From Chiloscyllium plagiosum (Eukaryota): DNA of 64,000 bases. How positions within the stretch are numbered: the stretch's first letter is position 1; each line of letters starts with the position of its first letter. Positions 49,726 through 62,345 of the stretch are shown one piece after another. The position numbers and the translations under genes are program-made. The notes below the pieces were generated by a model that was not told the origin of the DNA, searched no databases, and was given only the letters and a program-made list of their open reading frames with translations. The stretch lies in contig NC_057718.1 of NCBI RefSeq assembly GCF_004010195.1, forward strand, positions 64,529,123-64,593,122, in the 5' to 3' direction.

Positions 49726-50344
49726 AAATTATTTTCTATGATCTCTTTTGTCAATGGCTCAATGTTCATTGGTATAAAACTAAAAGTAGCCAAGTTTAAT
49801 ATTGCTGAACAATTAAGTCAAAGTGTTTTGTTTTGTACTCATCCAGCCATTTCACAAGAATATCAAATGAAGGAAACAAAAATAAATATTTATACTGCTT
49901 GAGAGCAGATTGATTGACAGTCCTCTCATTAGTAGAGGTGTTGCCATGGAGAATGTGCCAGTAATATTGATTGATAGCTAATAGCTAGACTTTGCTTAAA
50001 TTTTAAACCAGGTAAGTTGTTGGTCAGAGCACTGCACTGAGAAATGAACTAGTGAATGGCTATCACTATTTTGTTGAACTATGTAATTGATGTCCCAAAC
50101 ATTGTTTTTGTTGTACCTCTGTCTCAGGTGTATGACTAGTCATTTGGTAGTTCAAAACTTGGTAGTTCAGCTGAGAAAAAAGCTTTGTTCAAACTTTCCA
50201 TCTCTACTAAAACCTGCTGTACCTGTTCATCCTGACTCACCCTCCCAGTCTCACTTACCTACTAGACCTCACTGATTCACATACCCAACATCATTTATGG
50301 ACTTAATCTTACTGGCTCAGTCTCATTCACCTACCTGTACTCCC

Positions 50345-50610
50345 TCATTTTGTTTTATTTCTCATGGGATGTTGGCATTGCTGGGCGGGCCAGCATTTAT
50401 TGCCCGTCCCTAGTTGTTTTTGAGAAGCTGATGGTGAGCTTCCTTCTTGAACTGCTGTAGCCCATGTCCAGTAGGTAGATGTGCAACAGCATTGGGAAAG
50501 GAGTTCCAGGATTTTGACCCAGTGACAGTGAAGGAACAGCAATATATTTCCAAATCAGAATGGTGAATGGCTTGGAAGGGAACTTACTGAAGATGGTATT
50601 CTCATGATGT
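50345..50610 (-). mobile_element. 3' end of the second LINE family
   Basis: Matches 2505-2700. Confidence 0.7.
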
Positions 50611-50614
50611 TTTC

Positions 50615-51615
50615 AATGCTGTTTCCTGCATTCATCTGGAATTAGAAAAAAAAATCATCAGTTTTCAATTTTTCATCCTTCGTTAACCTTTATTTTGTCC
50701 ATCTTTGCCTCTTCCCTTTCCTTTCTTGATTATGATTTCCAGTTCTGAAGATAGGCTATCCACCAGTATCCATTACAAGCCGTACAACAACCACTGTTAC
50801 CTTGACTATATCTCTCATATCCTGCTTTCTGCAAGGATTCCATTTCATTTTCTGACTCTATCTTCCCCGCAGCTGTTATTGCCTCTGACTTATCATCCTT
50901 TTTCCTCAACTGAGGATTAAACCTCCCAACATACCTGACAGAGCCCTCAGCTGTGTCTAATCCATCTCACACACTTCTGTCCTCACCCATTACTCTCTCT
51001 TCCAGAACAATAATCAGAATTCTCTTGTCTTCACTTTCCACCCCATCATGTCTGTATTCAAAGCACTATCCCTCACCAGTAGGATATCACCACCAAACAC
51101 ATCTTCTCTTCCTCTCCACTGTCAGCATTGCACAATGACCACTCCTTCCATAACATCCTGGACACTCCTCCATCATTCCTTATAATTCCTTATCCCCCCT
51201 AATGGCACATTTCCATGCAATCATGGAACATATAACACTTGCCCATTCACCTCCACCCTCCTCACTGTCCAAGGCCAAACACACATTCTAAGTGACACAA
51301 TGTATGTTTTGCTTGCAATTCTTTCAATTTAGTCCATTGCATTCACTACTCATGTGGTCTGTTTTACACTGCGGAGACCAGAGACTGGGTGACCACTTTG
51401 CAGAATACCTCTCACCTGTTCATAGGAATGACCTTGACCTTCCAGTTGCTTGCCATCTCAATAAACCACCTTGCCCTGATGCCAACATTTGTAACCTGCA
51501 TTTGCCACAACGTTCCAACATAGCTCACGCAAGCTGGAGGAACAACATCTCATTTTCCACTTGGGCACTTTACAGCTTCTAGAACTCAATATTGACTTCC
51601 ACCACTTCAAAGTAT
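50615..51615 (+). mobile_element. Old Penelope-like fragment
   Basis: DRLSTSIHYKP..YLDY and QRLGDHFAEYL..LPVACHLN parallel the other PLE copies. Confidence 0.8.
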
Positions 51616-51884
51616 GGCTTTCTGTCGTCCATTTTCTTCCAGTCATGTCTGATGAAGTTATACACTTTGATATGAAAAACAGAAAGGAACAATATTATTT
51701 AAGTATTGATATATTAGGAAATGTGGAGGTACAAAAGGAATTTGGTGTCCTTGTACACCAGTCAGTGAAAGTAGACAGGCAGTCACAGTAAGAAATTAGG
51801 AATGCAAATGGTTTATTTGCCTTCATTGCAAAAGGATTTGAACTCAGAAATAGTGATGCTTGACTGCAGTTCTACAGGTCAGAG

Positions 51885-52355
51885 AGTTAATGATTCATAC
51901 AGCAGAGAAACTAGCCCTTTAGCCCAACTCAGGTGTGCTGATAGGATTTCCTGAATATTACCAATTCTATTTGCCTGCAATTGGCCCATATCCTTCTAAA
52001 CCCGAGCCATGTACCTGTCTAAATGTCTTTTAAATGTTGTAATTTTACCTGCCTCTGAAAAATGTGTTGCTGGAAAAGCACAGCATGTCAGGCAGCATCC
52101 AAGGAGCAGGAGAATCAACATTTCAGGCATAAGCCCTTTTTCAGGAATTCCTGAAGAAGGGCTTATGCCCAAAACGTCGATTCTCCTGCTCCTTGGATGC
52201 TGCCTGACCTGCTGCGCTTTTCCAGCAACACATTTTTCAGCTCTGATCTCCAGCATCTGCAGTCCTCACTTTCTCCTAATTGTACCTGCCTCTACCACTT
52301 CTTCTGGTCGTTCATTCCGTATACGCACCACTCACTATGTGAAAAGGTTGCACCA
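51885..52355 (-). mobile_element. CR1 3' end hosting a fold-back HHR insertion
   Basis: ITTFKRHLDRYM; the CR1 sequence is continuous across the TSD. Confidence 0.8.
52057..52277. mobile_element. Palindromic twin-hammerhead PLE-derived insertion
   Basis: Inverted arms of about 90 bp centred on GAATTC (52145-52150). TSD TAATT(T/G)TACCTGCCTCT at 52040-52056 and 52277-52293. Confidence 0.9.
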
Positions 52356-53059
52356 TCCATTTGACACTTTTGGCTAGAGATTGTTGAAAATACTTAGGTC
52401 ATATCTTTTGCACTGATGTGCTGGGCTCCTCCCTTGTTGAAGATGGGGATATTTCTGGAGCCTGCCACTCTAATGAATTGTTCAATGTCCCATTACTAAT
52501 CATGACCGAATATGGCAGGACCACAGAACTTAGATTGTTTTGCCATTTAAAGTTCTATTGTTTAACTTCAGAGCACAGGTATAATGTTTTGAAGCAGTTG
52601 TGTATATAATCTTTCCAATATTGAGGTTCAGTGAGCAAATTTTAGGCTAATGAGTGTACAGTTCCAAATGGTGAATTGGTTAAAGTGTGCTGAGACATCA
52701 CAGGAGATCAGAACTGGAGAGAGCAGAGAGCTTATTGGTTGGGGAGGACATTCTAAATGTTTTATTGGAAAGCTGGATAAATAGAAATACAATGAATAAA
52801 AAAACAGAAGGTTTCTGAACGTTGACAGGAAGAGAATTGGGTAGGAGAAGGCTCAATAAATAGTAGCAGAGAGCTGATGAGCCAAAGAGCCTGTTTCTGA
52901 ATTGGAAAATTCCAAGTACCTTCTCCTCTCTAACCCAGTTTTACTGGAAGTCAGTGTTTGGTTCTGATTCTGAGGGTACAGTAAGGTTTCCAAAGACTGA
53001 CTGCATTTCTTAACGAAAAATACAGTTGCTAAAATGAGCATACAAAGCATATTTCACAA

Positions 53060-53410
53060 ACCTAGATCCATAGAATTGTACAGTACAGAAGAGGCCAGTG
53101 GGCACATGGAGTCTGTGCTGTCAAACAGCTACTCTAAATCTACAATAGTCCCACTTTCCAGCACTTGGCCCATAGACTTGAATTTTATAACACTACAAGT
53201 GCTCATCCAAGTACTTTTCAAAGACGGTGAGGTCTCCCATCTCAACTACCCTTGCAGGCACTGCATTCCTGATTCCAATCACCCTTTGGGTGATTGTTTA
53301 TTCTGCCAAATCGATTTGAAGCTTCATGCCTTTCTCCTCGAAATTATGTCCCATTGTTACGGATCCTTAAACTAAGGGGTATAGCTACTTTCTATCCAAC
53401 CTGTCCATGT
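53060..53410 (-). mobile_element. CR1 3' fragment
   Basis: CATAGAATTGTACAGTACAGAAGAGGCC tail and TGCATTCCTGATTCCAATCACCCTTTGGGTGA (reverse complement of QRV..IRNA). Confidence 0.6.
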
Positions 53411-53735
53411 CCAGTTGGAATGGAAGGATCAACAGCAAGGACCAGTGGCCCGATGGGAAGGTAATTTTTAAATATAAAATCGGGAGATTCAGGTATATAT
53501 TTTGGCAGTGGCTGAATCCTGAGACACCACACTTGTAGTGTCTCCCAAACGCCCTTCTCCTCTAACCATAAAAAAAAAGGAGTTGTGTGTTGCTATGGTA
53601 AGGCTTTTCAATTTATATTTCTTGTGTATCATGATTGATTAGAAACTTACTATTTGCAGCTAATTGAATAAGATGACAGAAGTACTAGAAATTATACAAC
53701 TCATAAATTTGTAAAAGTTAGTTAAATAAGTAGAG

Positions 53736-54690
53736 ATGGCAAGACAGATGATGTACTGTAGCTGTATGATGTGGGAGCTGGCTGATCCCATTGTGAATGG
53801 CAGTGACCACATCTGCAGCAAATATTGGTTGCTGGAAGAACTCTGGATCAGAATTGATGATCTGGTATCTGAGCTTCAAACACTGCGGCACATCCGGGAG
53901 GGTGAGAGTTACCTGGATGCTTTGTCTCAGGAGACCGTCATACCCGGCAGATTAAGTAATTCAAATTCAGTTAATGATCAGGAACAACAGGCTGTGACTG
54001 TAAGTGAGGCAGGTAGGGGGGTTCTGAGTTCAGGGGTGGAGCAGCCTCAGCCCTTGACCTTGTCCAACAGGTATGAAATTTTTGCTCCTTGTATGGATGA
54101 GGAAAAGGGCTGTGGACAGGATGAGCCAGCTGACCATGGCACCATGGTGCAGAAGGCCATTCAAGAGGGGGGAGCAAAAAGACAAGTAATTGTTATAGGG
54201 GATTCTATACTTAGGGGGATAGATAGTATTCTTTGTGAGCCAGATCGGGAGTCCTACATGGTGGGTTGTCTGCCTGGTGCCAAGGTGCAGGACATCTCCG
54301 ACTGGCTTGAAAGGATATTGGAGCAGGAGGGAGAGGAGCCAGTTGTTGTGGTCCACATTGGTACAAACAACATTGGTACAAGGCTAGGAAGGAGGACCTG
54401 TTTGGGAGTATCAAGCACTAGGAAGGAAATTGAAGAACAGGTCCTTGAAGATCATAATCTCTGGATGGCTGCCTGAGCCACGTGCTAATTGGCATAGGGA
54501 AAATGGAAATTAGGGAAGTAAACACGTGGCTAAGATATTGTGTGGGAAAGAGGGATTCCATTTCACGGGACATTGGCATCAGTTTTGGAACCGGGGCGAC
54601 CTGTACCCATGGGACGGTCTCCAGCTGAACCAATCTGGAACCAGTGTTCTGGCGAAAAGGATAAATAGGGTGGTCACTAGGACTTTAAAC
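53736..54690 (+). pseudogene. CR1 ORF1p: Cys-rich N-terminus, coiled coil, SGNH esterase
   Basis: CSCMMW..HICSK, then LEELWIRIDDLVSELQTL, VIGDSILRG and VVVHIGTNN. Frameshifted near 54380. Confidence 0.85.
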
Positions 54691-55770
54691 TTGTGAGTTG
54701 GGGGGGAAGGGAAAGGGAAAGTGACAGGGAGTATGGAGTCAAGTAGAAAGATAAGCAGCAGGTTAGAATGTGTGCAGGGTTTAAGTTCAAGGCAGACAAG
54801 GAATGAAACTAAAAGGAAGGATAACTTAGGACATATTAATAAAGGTGATGGAAATCATGACGATAAGAAAATTAGCATGAAGATGCTTTACCTGAATGCT
54901 TATAGTATTTGTAACAAAGTAGATGAATTAACAGCACAAATCATGGTGAATGATTATGATGTGGTAGGCATCACAGAGATGTGGTTGCAGGGGGTTCAGG
55001 ACTGGCAGTTAAACATCCAAGGATTTATAACTTATCGAAAAGACAGGGAGATGGGCAGAGGGGCTGGGGTTGCCTGCAACCGTCCAGATTATAGACCAGT
55101 GAGGACTGGACAGACTGTCTCAGAAGAAAAGCTCTTTTGGGTTAAACATTTTTCTAGAAAGTTAATCTTCTTATCTGATGTGTTGATACTGCAGAGTTGT
55201 TTCTGTAGGACCAAAGTTCTGGTTACCCAGTAATTTGTTTTTATGCTTCAGGTTATGGCTTTTGCAGATTAAATTTTTGTTTTAATATAAAAAAAAGAAA
55301 TTAAATCTATGACACTGAATGATAAAGGGTCAGATGATGTGGAGTCTGTGTGGGTGGAGTTCAGTAACCACAAAGGCAAAAAAAAATAATGGAGTTATGT
55401 ACAGACCTCCCAGCAGTGGTCAGGACCACGGGCGCAAGATGTACGGAAATAGATAGGGTATGTCAGAAAGGCAAGGTCACGGTGATCATGGGGGAATTCA
55501 ATATGCAAATAGTTTGGGTGAATAATGTTGCTGTTGGATCCAAAGAAAGAGAATTCATGGATTGCTTACAGAATGGCTTTTTGGAACAGCTTGTGATGGA
55601 GCTCACAAGGGAGCAGGTTATTCTGGACTTCGTGCTATGTAATGAGCCAGACTTTATGACAATAGACAATAGGAAACAGGTGCAGGAGTAGGCGATTCGG
55701 TCCTTTGAGTCAGCACTTATAAACTATCTTAAAGTAAGGAAATACTTAGGTGGCAGTGATCATAATATGG

Positions 55771-56279
55771 GTTTAGATCAAAGTGGTGTTGGAAAAGCAC
55801 AGCAGGTCAGGCAGCATCCGAGGAGCAGGAAAATCAACATTTTGGGCAAAAGCCCTTCATCACGAATGGAGGCAGAAAGCCTCCAGGGTGGAGAGATAAA
55901 TGGGGGATTGGTGCTGAGGAGAAGGTAGCAAAGAGTACAATAGGTGAATGGGCATGGGGATGGAGGGGATAGGTCTGAGAGGAGGGTGGGGGAAGGTAGC
56001 AAAATGTACAATAGGTGAATGGGGTGGGGATGGAGGTGATAGGTAAGATGTGGGGAGGGGAAATGAGGAAAAGTGGACTTCACCGGTATCCACACACCCC
56101 CACCCCCACAACCATTTACCTCTCCACTCTGGAGGCTTCCTGCTTCCATTCGTGATGACGGGCTTTTGCCCGAAATGTCAATTTTCCTGCTCCTCGGATG
56201 CTGCCTGACCTACTGTGTTTTTCCAGCACCACTCTGACTAAACTCTGGTTTCCAGCATCTGCATTCCTCACTTTTGCCT
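55771..56279. mobile_element. Head-to-head PLE-terminus pair with 16-bp TSD
   Basis: AGTGATC(A/G)TAATATGG at 55755-55770 and 56280-56295. HHR motifs lie at 55835-55863 (-) and 56152-56179 (+). Confidence 0.9.
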
Positions 56280-57934
56280 AGTGATCGTAATATGGTAGAG
56301 TTCAATCTGCAATTTGAAAGAGAGAAGGCAAAATTGGATGTAATGGTGTTATAGTTAAATAAAGGTAATTACAAGGGCATGAGAGAGGAACTGACGAAAA
56401 TCAACTAGAAGCAGAGCCTAGTGGGGGAGAGATTAGAGCAACAATGGCAGGAGTTTCTGGGTGTACTTGAGGACACAGTACAGAGGTTCATCCCAAAGAA
56501 AAGAAAGATTATCCGGGAGGGAATTAGACAGCCCTGACTGACAAAGGAAGTCAGCAAATGTATCACAGAAAAAGAGGGAGCCTATAAAGTGGCCAAGAGC
56601 ACTGGAAAATCAGAAGATTTGGAAGACTACAAAAACAAATAGGGGATAACGAAGAGAGAAATAAGGATAGAGAGGATCAAATATGAAGCTAAGCTAGCCA
56701 GTAATAATAGAAATGATAGTAAAAGTTTCTTTCAATACATAAGAAACAAACGAGAAGCAAAAGTAGACATTGGGCCGCTCCAAATTGATGCTGGAAAGCT
56801 AGTGATGGGAGAAAATGAAATAGCTGAAGAACTTAATAAACACTTTGTGTCAGTCTTCACAGTGAAAGACATGAGTAATATCCCAACAATTAAGAAGAGC
56901 CAAGGGGCAGCGTTGAGTATGGTAGCCATTATAAAAGGGGAAGTGCTAGAAACTCTAAAAGGTCGAAAAGTTGATAGAGCTCCTGGCCCGGATGGGCTGC
57001 ATCCTAGAGTTCTGAGGGAGGTGGCTGAAGAAATAGCAGAGGCGTTGGTTGTAATCTTTCAAAAATCACTGGAGTCAGGGAAAGTCCAGATGATTGGAAA
57101 ATCACTGTTGTAACCCCCTTATTCAAAAAAGGATCAAGCCAAAAGATGGAAAATTACAGGCCAATTAGTGTAACCTCGGTTATAGGTAAAATTCTAGAAT
57201 CCGTCGGTAAGGATGAGGTTTCTAAACTCTTGGAAGCACAGGGTCAGACTAGAACAAGTCAGCATGGATTTAGTAATGGGAGGTCATGCCTGACAAACCA
57301 GTTATAATTCTTTGAAGAGGTAATAAGTAGGTTAGATCAGGGACTTTCAAAAGACCTAGACTTTCAAAAGACCTTTGATAAGGTCCCTCACGGGAGGCTG
57401 CTGAGTAAAACGAGGGCCCATGGGTTTCAAGGTGAGCTACTGGCATGGATTGAGGATTGGCTGACAGAAGGCAGAGAGTTGGGATAAAAGGTTCTTTTTC
57501 GGAATGGCAGCTAGTGACAAGTGGTGTCCCGCAGGGTTCAGTTTGGGCAACAGCTATTCACTTTTTATATTAATGATCTGGATGAAGGGACTGGGGGCAT
57601 TCTGGCGAAGTCCGCTGATGATACATAGTTAGGCAGACAAGCAGGTAGATCTGAGAAGGTGAGAAGGCTGCAGAAAGATTTACACAGTTTAGGAGAGTGG
57701 ACCAAGAAATGGCTGATGAAATTCAACGTGAGCAAATGCGAGGAATTGCACTTTGGAAAAAAGAATACAGGCATAGACTATTTTCTAAACGGTGAGAAAA
57801 TTCATAAAGTACAAAGGGATCTGGGAGTGCTAGTCCAGGACTCTCTTAAAGGTTGACTTGCAGGTTGAGTCCGTGGTTTAGAAACCAAACGTAATGTTGT
57901 CATTTCTCTCAAGAGGGTAGGAATGTAAAAGCAG

Positions 57935-59952
57935 GTTCAAGGATTTAGAAGTTTCAATAAGAACAGAGAAGATGGTAAAAGAGGGGGAGGTATGGCATTG
58001 TTAGTCAAGGACAGTATTAGGGTGGCAGAAAGGATGTTTGAGGACTCGTCTACTGAGGTAGTGTGGATTGAGGTTAGAAACAGGAAAGGAGAGGTAACTA
58101 TGTTGGGAGCTTTCTATAGGCATCTGACTAGTTCAAGAGATGTAGAGGAAAGGATAGCAAAGATGATTCTTGATAGGAGCGAGTATAACAGGGTAGTTGT
58201 AATGAGGACTTTAACTTTCCAAATATTGGCCAGAAATATTATAGTTTGAGTGCTTTAGATGGGTCAGTTTTTGTCCAATGTGTGCAAGATGGTCTCCTGA
58301 CACAGTATGTAGACAGGCCAACAAGGGGCAAGGCCACATTGGATTAGGTATGAGTAATGAACTGGGCTAGGTGTTAGATTTGGAGGTAGGTGAACACTTT
58401 GGTGATAGTGATCACAATTCCATTATGTTTACTTTAGCGATGGAAAGGGATAAATATATACTGCAGGGCAAGAGTTATTGCTGGGAAAAGGCAATTATGA
58501 TGCGATTGGGCAAGATTTAGGATGCATAAGAAGCAAACTGCAGAGGATGGGCACAATTGAAATGTGGAGCTTATTCAAAGAACTACTACTGTGTGTCCTT
58601 GATAAGTATGTCCCTGTCAGGCAGGGAGGAAGTGGTCAAGTGAGGGAGTTTTAGTTTAGTAAAAAAGTTGAATCTCTTGTCAAGAGGGTAACAAGGGAGA
58701 GAATACGACCCATTAAAGATCAGCAAAGCGGCCTTTATGTGGAGCCGCAGGAAATAGGGTAGATACTAAACAAGTATTTTGCATCGTTATTTACTGTGGA
58801 AAAGGACATGGAAGATATAGAATGTAGGGAAATAGATGGTGACATCTTGAAAAAAAACCATATTACAGGGAAGGAAGTGCTGGATGTCTTGAAATGCATA
58901 AAGGTGGATAAATCCCCAGGACCTGATCAGGTGTATCCTCGAAATCTGTGGGAAGCTCGGGAAGTGATTGCGGGGCCTCTTACTGAGACATTTGTATCAT
59001 CGATAGTCATAAGTGAGATGCCGGAAGACTGGAGGTTGGCTAACATGGTGCCACTGTTTAAAAACGGTGGTAAGGACAAGCCAGGGATCTATAGACCAGT
59101 GAGCCTAACATCGGTGGTGGGCACGTTGTTGGAGGGAATCCTGAAGGACAGGATGTACATGTATTTGGAAAAGTAAGGACTGATTAGGAATAGTCAACAT
59201 GGCTTTATGCTTGGGAACTCATGTCTCACATAATTGATTGAGGTTTTTAAAAAAGTAAGAAAGAGGATTGGTGAGGGCAGAGCAGTGTATGTGATCTATA
59301 TGGACTTCAGTAAGGCGTTTGACAACGTTCCCCATGGAAGACTGGTGAGCAAGGTTAGATCTCATGGAATACAGGGAGAACTAGCCATTTGGATACAGAA
59401 CTGGCTCAAAAGTAGAAGACAGAGGGTGGTGGTGGAGGGTTGTTTTTCAGACTGGAGGCCTGTGACAGTGGAGTGCCACAAGGATCGGTGCTGGGTCCAC
59501 TACTTTTCATCATTTAAATAAATGATTTGGATGCGAGCATAAGAGTACACTTAGTAAGTTTGCAGATGACACCAAAATTGGAGGTGTAGTGGACGGCGAA
59601 GAGGGTTACCTCAGATTACAACAGGATCTGGACCAGATGGGCCAATGGGCTGAGAAGTGGCAGATGGAGTTTAATTCAGATAAATGAGAGATGCAGCATT
59701 TTGGGAAAGCAAATCTTAGCAGGACCTATACACTTAATGGTAAGGTTCTAGGGAGTGTTGCTGAACAAAGAGACCTTGGAGTGCAGGTTCATAGCTCTTT
59801 GAAAGTGGAGTCGCAGGTAGATAGAATAGTCAAGAAGGCGTTTGGTATGCTCTCCTTTATTGGTCAGAGTATTGAGTACAGGAGTTGGGAGATCATGTTG
59901 CAGTGGTTAGGCCACTGTTGGAATATTGCATGCAATTCTGGTCTCCTTCCTA
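57935..59952 (+). mobile_element. CR1 composite: subfamily A APE part (to 58687) and subfamily B RT part (from 58688)
   Basis: APE motifs, then KSPGPDQVYP, YMDFSKAFD and QRDLGVQV. It breaks at 59952. Confidence 0.85.
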
Positions 59953-62345
59953 CAACTTCCCACTACTGTCCTTGATTGGCTCTACTTTTACTCTAGTCAT
60001 TCTTTTATTCCTGATATACTAGAAAGCTTTAGGATTTTCCTTCATCATATCTGCCAACGACCTCTCAGGTCACCTTCTGGTCCTTCTTAGCTCTCTCTTT
60101 AGGTCCTTCCTGGCTGACTTGTACCTCTCAAGTGCCCTAACTGAGCCTTCACATCTCATCCTAACATAAGCCTTCTTCTTCCTCTTATAGCCATAGTCAT
60201 AGAGTCATAGAGATGTACAGCATGGAAACAGACCCTTCAGTCCAACTCATCCATGCCGACCAGATATCCCAATCCAATCTTGTCCCACCTGCCAGCACCT
60301 GGCCCATATCCCTCCAAACTCTTCCTTTTCATATACCCATCCAAATGTGATTTAAATGTCGCAATTGTCCCAGCCTCCACCACTTCCTCTGGCAGCTCAC
60401 TCCATACACGTACCACCCTCTGTGTGAAAAGGTTTCCCCGTAGGTCTCTTTTATATCTTCCCCTCTCACCCTGAACCTCTGCCCTCTAGTTCTGGACTCC
60501 TGGACCCCAGGGAAAAAGACTTTGCCTATTTACCCTATGCATGCCCCTCATAATTTTGTAAACCTCTATAAAGTCACCCCTCAGCCTCTGACGCTCCAGG
60601 GAAGACAGCCCCAGTCTGTTCAGCCTCTCCCTGTAGCTCAGATCCTCCAACCCTGGCAACATCCTTGTAAATTTTTCTGCACCCTTTCAAGTTTCACAAC
60701 ATCTTTCCGATAGGAAGGAGACCAGAATTGCACTCAATATTCCAACAGTGGCCTAACCAATGTCCTGTACAGCTACAACATGACCTCCCAACTCCTGTAC
60801 TCAATACTCTGACCAATAAAGGAGAGCATACCAAACGCCTTTTTCACTATCCTACCTACCTGCGACTCCACTTTCAAGGAGCCATGAACCTGCACTCCAA
60901 CATCTCTTTGTTCAGCAACACTCCCTAGGACCTTACCATTAAGTGTATAAGTCCTGCTAAGATTTGCTTTCCNNNNNNNNNNNNNNNNNNNNNNNNNNNN
61001 NNNNTACCTCTTATGCTCGCATCCAAATCATTTATGTAAATGACAAGAAGTAGAGGACCCAGCACCGATCCTTGTGACACTCGACTGGTCACAGACTTCC
61101 AATCTGAAAAACAACCCTCCACCACCACTCTCTGTCTTCTACCTTTGAGCCAGTTCTGTATCCAAATGGCTAGTTTACCCTGTATTCCATGAGAGCTAAC
61201 CTTGCTAATCAGTCTCCCATGGGGAACCTTGTCGAACGGCTTACTGAAGTCCATATAGATCACATCTATCGCTCTGCCCTCATCAATCGTCTTTGTTACT
61301 TCCTCAAAAAACTCAATCAATTATGTGAGACATGATTTCCCATGGACAAAGCCATGTTGACTAGCCCTAATCAGTCCTTGCCTTTCCAAATACATGTACA
61401 CCCTGTCCCTCAGGATTCCCTCCAACAACTTGCCAACCACTGACGTCAGTTCCCTGGCTTGTCCTTACCACCCTTCTTAAACATTGGCACCACGTTAGCC
61501 AACCTCCAGTCAGCCTGTGACTATCGATGATACATATATCTCAGCAAGAGGCCCAGCAATCACTTCTCTAGCTTCCCACAGAGTTCTTGGGTATACCTGA
61601 TCATGTCCTGGGATTTATCCACCTTTAGGCATTTCAAGACATCCAGCACTTCCTCTCCTGTAATATGGATATTTTGCAAAATGTCACCATCTATTTCTCT
61701 ACAGTCTATATCTTCCATATCCTTTTCCACAGTAAATACTGATGCAAAATACTCATTTAGTATCTCCCCCATTTTCTGTGGCTCCACACAAAGGCTGCCT
61801 TGCTGGTGTTTAAGGGGCCGTATTCTCTCCCTAGTTACTTTTTTGTCCTTAATGTATTAATAAAAACTCTTTGGATTCTCCTTAATTCTACTTCCTTTAT
61901 ACACTTCTAGGGATTCACTCAATCTATCCTGTCTATACCTGACATATGTTTCACTCTTTTTCTTAACCAACGCCTCAACTTCTTTAGTCATCCCATATTC
62001 CCCATACATACCAGCCTTCCCTTTCACCCTGACAGGAATATACTTTTTATGGATTCTTGTTATCTCATTTCTGAAGGCTTCCCATTTTCCAGCCGTCCCT
62101 TTGCTTGCGAACATCTGCCCCCAATCAGCTTTCGAAAGCTCTTGCCTAATACTGTCAAAATTGGCCTTTCTCCAGTTTAGAACTTCAACTTTTAGATCTG
62201 GTCTATCCTTTTCCATCATTATTTTAAATCTAATAGAATTATGGTCGTTGGCCCCACAGTGCTCCCCCACTGATACCTCAGTCACCTGCCCTGCCTTACT
62301 TCCCGAGGGTAGGTCAAGTTTTGCACCTTCTCTCGTAGGTACATC
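59953..62345 (-). mobile_element. CR1 subfamily B (62345-60187) followed by a subfamily A fragment (60186-59953)
   Basis: YMDFSKPFDKVPH and SQGSVLGP; CTCTATGACT tail at about 60190-60212. Confidence 0.9.
60973..61004. other. Assembly gap
   Basis: Run of 32 N. Confidence 1.

Larger units (their letters stand above)
53420..57930 (+). mobile_element. Near full-length CR1 LINE
   Basis: ORF1, APE (YLNAYSICNK, GITEMWL), PGPDGLHPRVL and RT (SGVPQGS, ADDT) occur in order, with frameshifts. Confidence 0.9.

Noticed and set aside
52057..52277. DNA-transposon MITE
   Set aside because: The arms are identical to PLE 3' termini and unequal in length, and TSD lengths vary between loci, unlike cut-and-paste elements.
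51996..52377. Recurrent small ORFs of the type MLEIR..AGKAQQVRQHPRSRRIDV (also 13636, 32497, 21898) as a peptide family
   Set aside because: They are translations of the non-coding PLE terminal repeat. Starts, stops and frames are not conserved between copies.
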